DNA of 28,663 bases, taken from an uncultured Nitrososphaeraceae archaeon (GTDB lineage: Archaea; Thermoproteota; Nitrososphaeria; Nitrososphaerales; Nitrososphaeraceae). Numbering within the stretch: position 1 is the first letter of the stretch; every line of letters begins with the position of its first letter. The position numbers were made by a program, and so were the translations under genes. The notes beneath the pieces were generated by a model. It ran no database searches. It was not told the origin of the DNA and saw only the letters and a list, made by a program, of their open reading frames with translations. Location: NCBI GenBank assembly GCA_963837175.1, contig CAWIMJ010000024.1, forward strand, positions 1-28,663, written 5' to 3'. This document shows, piece after piece, positions 10,585-19,998 of this stretch.

Positions 10585-11145
10585 ATGTCAAATCAAAAAA
10601 TAAGAACAAAGAAAACAAAAATGATTACGTGGGCTATGACAGTCGGCTTTTTTGTTGCAGGACTGCTTTCATTAGCGACAATCGGCTTATCACCAAATAC
10701 AGCATTTGCAGGAACACAAACATATAATGCACAATTATCCGGCGATCAAGAAGTACCACCCACACAAAGCACTGCAACAGGTATGGCGAAATTGCAAATA
10801 CCACTTTCTGCAATTAGCACACCGCTAGCAGCTGTAAAGTACACAGTGAACGTGACAGACATACAAAATGTTACAGCAGCCCATATACATACAGGAAAGA
10901 TGGGAGCAAATGGAGACGTAATAGTCACATTGTGCAAGGCTGAGACTTGTACATCAGCGGTCAGTGGTAGTAACTTAATGTTGACAGGCAGTTTCAACTC
11001 TACAAACCTTGAAGGACCAATGAGTGGCATGCAAATAGAAGCGTTAGCAACTGCAATGACAAACGGAGAAACATACGTTAATGTTCACACACAACAGAAT
11101 CCTAACGGAGAAATTCGAGGACAGATATCAGGCGGAACACAATAA
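10585..11145 (+). CDS. CHRD-domain protein with N-terminal signal/TM segment
   Basis: LSGDQEVPP, ATGMA, TAAHIHTG and YVNVHTQQNPNGEIRGQI are CHRD signatures. Confidence 0.93.
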   Translation: MSNQKIRTKKTKMITWAMTVGFFVAGLLSLATIGLSPNTAFAGTQTYNAQLSGDQEVPPTQSTATGMAKLQIPLSAISTPLAAVKYTVNVTDIQNVTAAHIHTGKMGANGDVIVTLCKAETCTSAVSGSNLMLTGSFNSTNLEGPMSGMQIEALATAMTNGETYVNVHTQQNPNGEIRGQISGGTQ

Positions 11146-11220
11146 CAGTAGTAAGCGAAGATAAGAAATTTCTTCTTTTCTTTTATTTTCTAGTATTCCT
11201 ATGTATGTGGTACCTTTTAA

Positions 11221-13778
11221 TTTACACTAGCCATTAAGATCTATAGTAACACTGAAACTCATTCATTCTCTCTCTTAATTTCTCAATTCAAAAATCCTAT
11301 TATACTTATATTCATATTCATCTCTCTATTATCCTATTTTATTGGGGAAACTGAAGATGCGTTAATAATAATTTCAATTGTTATGATAAGTTCATTACTT
11401 GGTTTTTGGCAGGAAAGAGGAGCTACAGAGGCCGTTAATAAGTTATTATCTATGGTACAACTAAAATCAACGGTATTACGTGATGGGAAGATACAAGACA
11501 TTCCGTTTGAGGATATTGTACCAGGTGACATAATTATATTGAATTCTGGAGACAGCATTCCTGCAGATTGTCTGATTCCCAAGTTCAAAGATCTTTTTGT
11601 TAATGAATCAACGTTGACTGGTGAAAGCTATCCTGTAGAAAAATTAGAAATTATATTACCAAAGCACATCCCAATTAGAGAAAGAATAAACTCACTTTTT
11701 ATGGGCACTTTTATAGTAAGTGGTACCTCTAAGGCACTAGTGATAAAAATTGGTATAAATACTGAGTTAGGTAAAATTTCTCATAGCTTAAAGCACAAAG
11801 CACCGGAAACAGAATTTGAAAGAGGAGTAAAAAGATTTGGCTATTTTCTTATGGAAATAACTTTATTGTTAGTCATTTCAATTCTTGTTATACATGTTTA
11901 TTATGGTAGATCAGTTTTGGATTCATTTCTCTTCCCATTAGCATTAGCCATTGGCCTAACGCCGCAACTTCCGCCTGCAATTATAAGCATCAATTTATCC
12001 CATGGTGCACGACGGATGGCTGAAGAAAAGGTAATAGTCAAACGCCTTGCATCTATAGAAAACCTTGGTAGTATGAATGTCCTATGCGTGGATAAGACAG
12101 GAACTATAACAATTGGTCAGATAAAGTTGCAAGCTGCAATAGATATTTATGACAATAACAATCAAAAAGTATTACTGTATAGCTATCTTAATGCTGTTTA
12201 TGAATCAGGCTTTACCAATCCTATAGATGAAGCTATTAAACAACACTATAATGAATTGGTAAAACCTTGTTTACAATTATCAGTAACAGAACAATATAGT
12301 AAACTTGACGAGATTCTATATGATTTTATTCGAAAAAGATTGAGTATTTTGGTATTTGATAATAATAATAAAAGAAATAGAGATGCAGGTATTCTTATTA
12401 CTAAAGGTGCTTTACACAATATTCTTGATATTTGTTCATTAGCAGAACTACCAAATGGAAAGGCTGTATCTATTACAACAACAATTAAAGAAAATATAAT
12501 CCAAAAATACCAAGAATTCGGAAATAAAGGTTTTCGTGTTTTAGGAATAGCTTATCGTAACGTTGTTATAGGTAAGCCATCGTCTACAAAAATTCAAGAT
12601 CAAAATATAAATAATTCCTATAAGGATTCATCTTCCTCTACTGACAACCAAAGGTCTATTAGTCATGCTCCTCTTTCTTCGTATATTAGTAAGAATGATG
12701 AGCATAACATGGTATTTTTAGGACTCATTATTCTTTTTGATCCCCTTAAACCTGGAGTTATAGATTCAATCTCAAATCTTAAGAGACTTGGTATCTCTCT
12801 TAAGATTATAAGTGGAGATAATAAGCACGTAGCATCTTATGTAGCACAAGAAATAGGACTATCGAATAAACGTGTTATTACAGGTTCAGAGTTAAATCAT
12901 ATTAGTACTGATGCCTTAGCAAAATTAGCAAATGACATAGAGATATTTGCAGAAATTGAGCCAAATCAAAAAGAGCGAATTATTCTTGGACTACGACATT
13001 CTGGAAACGTTGTGGGATATATGGGGGATGGTACAAATGATGCTCCAGCTCTACATGTAGCTGACGCTAGTATTTCTGTTGATAGTGTTACAGATGTAGT
13101 AAAAGAAGCTGTTGATTTTGGATTACTTGAAAAAGACTTGATGGTATTGACAAACGGAGTACAAGAGGGGAGAAGAACATTTGCCAATACTAAGTATGTA
13201 TTTATGGCAACTAGCGCTAATTTTGGAAATATGTTTAGTATGGCGGGAGCTTCACTATTTTTACCGTTTCTTCCTTTATTACCAAAACAAATTCTACTAA
13301 TGAATTTGATTGTAGATATACCCGAGATGACAATATCAACAGATAATGTAGATGCAGAAATGATTGAAAAGCCTAGACGATGGGACATTAAATTTATTCA
13401 GAAATTTATGATTATTTTTGGTCTATTAAGTACTGTATTTGATTATGTCACTTTTGCTACTCTTTTGATAATCTTGAATTCTACAGTTGGACAATTCAGG
13501 ACTGCATGGTTTATCGAATCAGCTATTTCTGCTTCCTTAATAGTACTTGTTATAAGAACAAGAAAACCATTTTTTAAAAGTAAGCCTAGTAGTATTTAAT
13601 CATATTAACTGTATTGATTGTTAGTGCAACAATTGTCATACCTTTCATATTTTTTGGAGATTTATTTGGCTTTGGACCACCTCTAATATATTTGCCGATA
13701 ATTGGAATTATTATATTATTATATATTATTGCCGCAGAAATAATAAAGAGAATATTTTATAAAAGAGTAAAACTTTGA
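11221..13778 (+). pseudogene. mgtA: Mg2+-translocating-type P-type ATPase (MgtA-like), 5'-truncated, 3' frameshift at ~13590
   Basis: TGES, DKTGT, KGA, SGDN, GDGTND and SANFGNMFS motifs. The frame is open from 11221 (SQFKNPII..) with no start codon or Cation_ATPase_N. The final TM helices continue in another frame to TGA 13776-13778. Confidence 0.8.
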
Positions 13779-13973
13779 GCAAGAACTCGTAAACAATCTA
13801 TGTCTAAGTATCTAATCTTTTTATTAACAATTTTTTAAAATTATGCGTCAGATCCCCGAATATTCGCATCAAAGTATAGAAGTGGGGGACTAGAGGGGAT
13901 CATTTGATATTTAAAAAGTCTCTTGCACATAAACTAACCCACAATTTCAAGAGACATACGCTATATCCAACGC

Positions 13974-14037
13974 GGATCTCTAAGATTGGCATTTGCTTCC
14001 AAAGTATGCAAGATAATGGATCTTGCATTGAAACAAG
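13974..14037 (+). repeat. 64-bp inverted copy of carboxyltransferase coding sequence (28348-28411)
   Basis: 62/64 identity to the reverse complement of 28348-28411 (GSLGLAFASKVCKIMDLALKQ codons). Confidence 0.93.
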
Positions 14038-14108
14038 CAGAAGGCTCTGTAGGTAATAATGATTCAATAAACTATCTTTTAGGTACACGGCTAACTGACT
14101 ATCTTAAC

Positions 14109-14202
14109 TAAGTTAAGTATCTTAATTTAGATCTACAAATTATCTTCCGTCTCCTAATAAGTAGGACCATATTTGTAGATGAATAATTTGATACTTAACT
14201 TA
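14109..14202. other. Long imperfect hairpin (13-bp + 10-bp + 5-bp stems)
   Basis: 14109-14121 pairs with 14190-14202, 14131-14140 with 14171-14180, and 14152-14156 with 14162-14166. Confidence 0.7.
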
Positions 14203-14421
14203 TAACTAAGGCAATAAATCTAAAGCCATCTGTAGCTCCATTATTTCTGATTCAATTGCCAGCCTATCTGTTCTGTCCTTTGTATATTGTAAGAGTCTCT
14301 CACACGCATATAACTGAGCTAATGTAATCTCTTTCTTATCAACCGATAGATTCGGATAGGAATCGACAAAGGTATAAGTCACTTTCCTCGATCTGTATAT
14401 GGCAGGTGATGTTTTTGCTAT

Positions 14422-15436
14422 TGCCTTGTTGCATAACTCCCTGTTCCTAACACATTTAGCTAACCTATTCTAGTCATAATACATGTGAACTGGAACAAGT
14501 ACAATGAATCTCTTGTTAAACGTGGTGAGGTATTACTTGATTTTGATGTTATAGATAACTGGCCTACTGAATTAGAGAAGATGAATCAAGGTAAAGAAGG
14601 TAGAAAGTTCGTATACCCAGATTCATTTATCAAATTACTTGGCTACATGAGAGCATATTTTCATTTACCATCATACAGACAGACTGAAGGAGTAGTTAGG
14701 GAGCATGCTTCAAACACATTACCATCAATTCCTGACTATAGTAACATTAACAGAAGAATAAATAGACTAGATATTAAAATTGATGATGATGCGAATAAAT
14801 CCAGTTTACATGATGGCCATTTTGTAATTGCCATTGATTCTACTGGAATAAAGGTATCTAATAGAGGCGAGTGGATTAGACATAAATGGAATGTCAAAAG
14901 AGGCTATCTAAAGATACATTTAGCAGTTGACATAAAAAAGAAGAGAATTCTATCATTACATGTAACCAGTGAATAAGTACATGATGGTAAAATACTTCCA
15001 GAATTGATAGATGATATAACAATAAAGCAGAATAAAATAGTAAACACAGTAATTGCTGATGGTTCGTATGATAGTAACAAGAATTTTCAGATATTGTCAT
15101 TTAAAGGAATCAAACCAGCAATAAAGATTAGAAAGAATTCTACATGTAGAAAGGTAAATCATTACCTTAGAAACAAGATGGTGAAAATGCAGAAAAATAA
15201 TTTACAGAATTGGAAGGTTAGTGTGAACTATGGCAAGAGATAGATTGCAGAAACCGTCTTCTCATGTATTAAAAGAATATTTGGAGAATATGTTACTGCT
15301 ATTAGATTTGAGAATATGATAAAGGAACTAATACTAAGAGCATCATTATATAACTGGTTTCAAAGTATAGCCATTATATAATTCTCAATTATAGAGTAAT
15401 GAAAAAGATTGTTTAAACAAGTTATGCAACAGAGCA
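14422..15436 (+). mobile_element. IS5-family (ISH1-group-like) insertion sequence, 1015 bp
   Basis: 17-bp terminal IRs TGCCTTGTTGCATAACT / AGTTATGCAACAGAGCA (2 mismatches) and an 8-bp TSD TTTGCTAT at 14414-14421 and 15437-15444. Confidence 0.93.
14485..15381 (+). pseudogene. IS5-family DDE transposase with two in-frame nonsense codons
   Basis: NWNKYNESLVKRGE, IAIDSTG (D), IADGSYDS (D) and IAETVFS (E) all lie in one frame, with TAA at 14974 and TAG at 15241. Confidence 0.9.
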
Positions 15437-15522
15437 TTTGCTATTACTATAGCGGGCACCTCGACGTAATTACTATTCATGTCCGTTATAATTTTCTTAT
15501 CTGATATTTATGGTGCTTGTTT

Positions 15523-15530
15523 GCACTGCA
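15523..15530 (-). promoter_or_regulatory. Recurrent upstream box GCACTGCA
   Basis: Lies 43 bp upstream of the ATG (15480) of the IS-interrupted gene, with an ATAAATA box about 12 nt downstream on the coding strand. Confidence 0.5.
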
Positions 15531-15748
15531 TTACTATGCAGCATGAGATGAGTGGTAATTGTACTATTATCATATTATTATTATATTATTATTATATCGA
15601 TCATCTATTATACACAGTCCAATTTAGAGATGGATATTTGTTAATAAAGATATTTCTAATATTCTTCAAATATGATATTAAAAAATAATGAATTTAGGAT
15701 ATATGATTCATTATTGTTGGATAAATAAAACCAAGTTTTCTAGAACCT

Positions 15749-15785
15749 CATTATCATATATTTTTTGAAAAATAATATGATAATG
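15749..15785. repeat. Inverted repeat CATTATCATAT-N15-ATATGATAATG
   Basis: Perfect 11-bp arms, extendable inward by about 6 A/T pairs with a bulge. Confidence 0.65.
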
Positions 15786-16193
15786 CATCACCACTCGAAC
15801 CAAACATCATATAATACAAATTCTAGTTCCTAAAAATAGGACTGATAAAAGATACTAGACTTATTATATCATTCTGATTATTGACGATGATATAAAACCT
15901 TAGCATGAATATTGAATGCCATCATGACAGGTGAGTGCAACCACTATGAACATCTTCAAAGTTCTTGCCTCCTAGTCATGAATATCATCTGAAAAAGAAC
16001 TGAATATGGATGGGAACAAAGGATGCATATATCATTTGATTATTATTATAAGATATATTACTCATTTTTTCTATTATTTTATTGATTGATTTGATTATTA
16101 TACAATACGTTGTTTATTAAAAGCATTACTATTGTTAATATTATTAATATTTAATGACCTCCAATACTATAATGATGATGTGAATTTTGTGTC

Positions 16194-17111
16194 ATGTCTG
16201 AAGAAATAATATCAGTTACACCAGAGCTCATCCATGATCTTATACCTCCGCGGCTTGTATCCTCAAAAAAAGGAGATAATGGTATAGTCCTTGTCGTTGG
16301 CGGAAGTGGAATCTATCATGGAGCACCATTGCTTAGTACATTATCCGCGTTGAGATCAGGAGTTGACCTTGTTTATACAGCAGTTCCAAAGTCAGTTGTT
16401 ACACCTCTAAGATCTTTTTCTCCTAATGTTATAGCGTTGCCTTTTTCTAATGATAGATTTACCATATCATCTGCTAAACAGTTGTTAAAAATCCTTCCTA
16501 AAAAACCAGATGTTGTGGCTATGGGAATGGGTATGATCATAGAAAAGCCAGAATCTTTGGTATATATGGTAAAAGAATTAAAAAGCATGGGAACAAAGTT
16601 ACTGTTAGATGCTTCCGCTCTTATACCAGAAATTCTTGAATCTATTTCTGGATCTAATACAATTGTCACCCCGCACCTTGGAGAGTACAAAAGACTATTT
16701 CAAAAAGAGGAGAATTATAATGAGATAGTAGACACAACAACAACGACGCTGCAGGAACAAACTTCAAATGTATATAAACTTGCAAAAAAGTATGGCATCA
16801 CAATAATTCTTAAAGGATATAATGATATTATCTGTAAGGGTAGTCAGCAGCAAAAAACTATAGCAGTAATTAAGAGGACCACCCCTGCAATGACAGTGGG
16901 TGGTTGTGGGGATGTTCTATCTGGTGTAGTAGCAGGAATGCTTACAAAGATGCAAGATGTTTTTTCTGCGTCAATTGCAGGTGTTTATCTTAGTGGAATA
17001 GCTGCAGATTTAGCTTATCAAAGAGTAGGATTGCATATGGTTGCGACTGATTTGATAGAAGAATTACCTAACGCTATGAAACCATTCGATAAAATCATTT
17101 CTAAGCCATAA
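16194..17111 (+). CDS. nnrD: ADP/ATP-dependent NAD(P)H-hydrate dehydratase (stand-alone YjeF C-terminal domain)
   Basis: SKKGDNGIVLVVGGSGIYHGAP, LLLDASAL, TPHLGEY, ILKG and MTVGGCGDVLSG motifs. Confidence 0.93.
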   Translation: MSEEIISVTPELIHDLIPPRLVSSKKGDNGIVLVVGGSGIYHGAPLLSTLSALRSGVDLVYTAVPKSVVTPLRSFSPNVIALPFSNDRFTISSAKQLLKILPKKPDVVAMGMGMIIEKPESLVYMVKELKSMGTKLLLDASALIPEILESISGSNTIVTPHLGEYKRLFQKEENYNEIVDTTTTTLQEQTSNVYKLAKKYGITIILKGYNDIICKGSQQQKTIAVIKRTTPAMTVGGCGDVLSGVVAGMLTKMQDVFSASIAGVYLSGIAADLAYQRVGLHMVATDLIEELPNAMKPFDKIISKP

Positions 17112-17267
17112 CCATAAGTTGCATAAGCCTCTTTTTCCATTTCAACAACTATAGAATGATTTTATGGTGTTTGTAGTCTGGCTTTTTTATTCCCAGTCAA
17201 GGAGGGTAATTCTTTCATTTTCGTCAAACATCATTCTCCGTTTACTGGACTGAACGACTAATTTATT

Positions 17268-17676
17268 ATGTATCCTCTGCTTTTTTTACTACTAAGGTTA
17301 GGAATACCGGAAGATCAAGGAAGAGGCAAATAAGTGGTATTCTGATTATATCGACCTAGTTGATTACAGAAATAATCCACATTACGGAAGCAAAGATGTT
17401 TTAGTTGTTTATAGAGTCCAGAGACGGAAGAGAGTGCTTTGTTTGTTGGAATTAACAAAGTAATAGCGAGAGATGTAGAAGAAGATAATGAAGTTTCTAA
17501 CAATAGTAAAAAGGATGACAATAACAATAATACATCTTCTTCTAGTAGATCTACATCAACATCAACTTATCCATGTAAAGTGTTATAGATATGTGTGTCC
17601 ATATTATAATAAAGGTAGTAAAATAAAAGAGATGTGCAAAGAAAAAGTTATAATCAAGTCTGATATTTTTGACTGA
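17268..17676 (+). pseudogene. Degraded hypothetical protein gene
   Basis: Consecutive broken frames read like one protein: MYPLLF..KIKEEANKWYSDYIDLVDYRNNPHYGSKDVLVVY / SPETEESALFVGINKVIARD..YPCKV / RYVCPYYNK. Confidence 0.45.
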
Positions 17677-17771
17677 TTTTGTAGTAAAAAGTATAGAATC
17701 AGTAATGCGATGTAATTATGTTATTAAGGGTTTATTATAGTAACTTCTTATCCTAAAATAAGATATTTAAT

Positions 17772-18116
17772 ATGAAAAGATTGGATATAATCATTCCCCA
17801 TGAACGTCTTCAAGAAGTTAACAATATTCTTCATAAACATAAAGTAGGCGGTATAACATTTTATGATATAAAGGGCAGAGGTCGGTCAAAACAAGAATCA
17901 GTATCTGTTGGCAGAGGTGTAACGAGATATGTTCCAGAATTCGTAACTCGAATGAAGATCGAAGTAATTGTACCAGATTCACAGGCAAAGCCAATTATAG
18001 ATGACATATTAGACGTTATAAGTACAGGTTCACATTATGACGGCAAGATATTTGTTTATTATGTTGCTGAAGCGTATGATATTGGAACAAATCAAACTAG
18101 CAATTCTGCACTATAG
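17772..18116 (+). CDS. P-II family signal protein (non-canonical GlnB/GlnK-like)
   Basis: MKRLDIII..VGGITFYDIKGRGR (T-loop)..KIEVIV..TGSHYDGKIFV (B-loop). Confidence 0.9.
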   Translation: MKRLDIIIPHERLQEVNNILHKHKVGGITFYDIKGRGRSKQESVSVGRGVTRYVPEFVTRMKIEVIVPDSQAKPIIDDILDVISTGSHYDGKIFVYYVAEAYDIGTNQTSNSAL

Positions 18117-18848
18117 GAGGAGAAAATTGGTGACTTCTACATGTATTAGCAGCACTTGTCACATTCATATATAATAATATTCAATAATACATCTTTTATT
18201 TTAATTGATCAAACTGAATTGCTACATATAAAAGTCCTGCATACAACGTTACTGGTTGAGATCTAAAGTTAATAGACAAGATGAGAAGCGTTTAACTGAC
18301 ATGTTGAACTTAATCTATGCTCTGAGAGATAAAACTATCTTTGGTCGACAACAAAGATTGGTGTATAAAACTTCTTTTAATTTTAATAATTTCATAAAAA
18401 TAGTCGCAACGGTTAACTGATAGTCATTGATGAATGGATAGTCGTCTTCTTGGACTTTAGGTTCTTTAGTAAGAACAGTCACGTCTTGATGTAATTGTGT
18501 TTTCTTTAGAATGGGTGAAATATACAGAACAAGGAATGATAATGACAATGGATGAGAAAATGGTAATTAGGATTTGACATTGAACAAGAAATTTTACAAC
18601 AGAAATTTCACAGGAAGTAAGAGGTTGAAATGAGAAATAATACTCAATTCAAAATTGTTCTGAAATAAAAAAGCATTATCTAGTGTATATTATTTTACCA
18701 AACGATTTTGCATGGGACTTTTGTTAGGGAATTGAATTGAGCTACCACTCTTCAATTGTGGTATTTCAAAAATAGCCTTCTTAGGATAATCGAATCTCAT
18801 CCTGAAAGCAAGGACTAGGTCTGTTGACATTTCTGGAGTCGTACCTCT

Positions 18849-18863
18849 TAAGTTAACAGAGCC
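18849..18863. mobile_element. Isolated IS6-like terminal sequence TAAGTTAACAGAGCC
   Basis: Closely matches the ends of the IS6 relic (TAAGTGAATAGAGCC at 22800; reverse complement of GCTCTGTTCACTTA at 22095). Confidence 0.4.
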
Positions 18864-19039
18864 TCAATACTTAAAGTAGAAGTTATACGTGCTTTATATT
18901 ACTAGGATCGTGCCCTCTGTTTACTAATAAAAAATAAGTATACGTTCAGAAATAAGATTTAATCACTCACCGGAATATTTGGTAGTTTCTCTAAATTTAA
19001 AGGAAATTCAAAGGTAGGAGCAAAAGTGAGTAGTTTAAT

Positions 19040-19276
19040 ATGATAATAGCAAATACAAAAGAATTTGTATTCATTTGTGAAAAAGGACAAGATTTTGAAT
19101 CAAAACTTGGCAAACCCATATACTCATTTACACTATATGAGAAAGTAAAAAGGGCGACAATAACTTTAGAGAGTGAAGAACACCCTATTCTAATGATATC
19201 TTTTGACATAAAAGCAGATCATCAACACATCATAATGGACAAAATACTACCGATTATTAGAAAAGAAGGACTGTAA
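19040..19276 (+). pseudogene. C-terminal half of a DUF6659/roadblock-like thaumarchaeal protein
   Basis: DFESKLGKPIYSFTLYEKVKRATI..ILMISFDIKADH..IIMDKILP. The N-terminal half appears to be missing. Confidence 0.6.
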
Positions 19277-19353
19277 ACTATCTCAAGAGAAAGTGAGCAT
19301 AATGTAGTTTGATATTATAATTTAGTCAACATTTCCAGTATCTAAAAAATAGA

Positions 19354-19610
19354 CTAAAGGTAATTGATTCTCCCCTGTTCTTACCTGCAATATATCAACA
19401 GCAACGGGTATATTTGCAACAAATATCTTTTCATTTATGGTATCAGCAGACAATGTATCTGCTATGTTGGTTAAATGCTTCAACTTGTTCATCTCTAACT
19501 ACTACCTCTACCCTGGTTCTAGAATAAATTCTGAGTATTCTCATTGCACCTCTTCCAGCAGAAACTTCTTTTGCGTGTGTTCCTCCACCTCGTCATTCTA
19601 TTTCTAATGA
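19354..19610 (-). pseudogene. Decayed second P-II gene
   Basis: LEIE*RGGGTHAKEVSAGRGAMR..RTRVEVVVRDEQVEA..KIFVANIPVAVDI aligns with the intact P-II at 17772. Confidence 0.75.
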
Positions 19611-19778
19611 CTTAATCGACTGTCTTTGGCATAAATAACATACATACTCTATTCTACTATCTAAAGGCAGCAACAACATTCCTATGTTTTAGCAATCCCC
19701 CTTCGCTCACCTACTCATTCATAGGTCAACACAAGAGATCCTTATTTTATTTATCTAGAAAACTAGTGTTATTGTTTT

Positions 19779-19898
19779 TTACTGTTGACTCTTCCAATGG
19801 CGTAGCAACTTTTTGATAATGTCATCCATAGTTTCTTCATATGATCCAATCTTCATGAGCTCGCGATGTGTTTCGTCACTAATTCTTAGTGTCTTCAT
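19779..19898 (-). CDS. 39-aa ribbon-helix-helix (CopG/antitoxin-like) protein, below ORF-track cutoff
   Basis: MKTLRISDETHRELMKIGSYEETMDDIIKKLLRHWKSQQ* shows a beta-strand plus two helices, the typical archaeal RHH pattern. Confidence 0.75.
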   Translation of the reverse strand: MKTLRISDETHRELMKIGSYEETMDDIIKKLLRHWKSQQ

Positions 19899-19943
19899 AT
19901 TATTATTGAACACCTGAATTCGACCATCAATACTATATATCTG

Positions 19944-19961
19944 TTATGCAATTTATGCAAT
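19944..19961. promoter_or_regulatory. Tandem 9-mer TTATGCAAT x2 in the divergent promoter of the small RHH gene
   Basis: Lies between two TATA-like tracts. The operator role is inferred. Confidence 0.35.
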
Positions 19962-19998
19962 ATATATAAGTTATATTTAATATACTAATAGTAACAAA

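Larger units (their letters stand above)
14206..15480 (-). pseudogene. 83-aa hypothetical protein interrupted by IS insertion
   Basis: Removing the IS and one TSD copy restores MNSNYVEVPAIVIAKTSPAIYRSRKVTYTFVDSYPNLSVDKKEITLAQLYACERLLQYTKDRTDRLAIESEIMELQMALDLLP* in frame. Confidence 0.85.

Noticed and set aside
13974-14037. DGR template/variable repeat pair
   Set aside because: There are only two mismatches, not confined to adenines on one strand, and no reverse transcriptase is in the window.
13900-14088. 62-aa minus-strand ORF
   Set aside because: It is partly the antisense reading of the captured carboxyltransferase fragment and has no protein-like features.
14974-15243. Stop-codon readthrough (Pyl/Sec) in the transposase
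   Set aside because: One stop is TAA and the other is explained by TGG>TAG at a conserved Trp. These are ordinary nonsense mutations.
17116-17126. GTTGCATAA resembling the ISH1 terminal repeat after nnrD
   Set aside because: It is only a 9-bp match, with no partner IR or convincing transposase remnant.
18315-18548. 77-aa ORF
   Set aside because: It has a TTG start and no recognisable motif, and lies in decayed sequence. I cannot support it.
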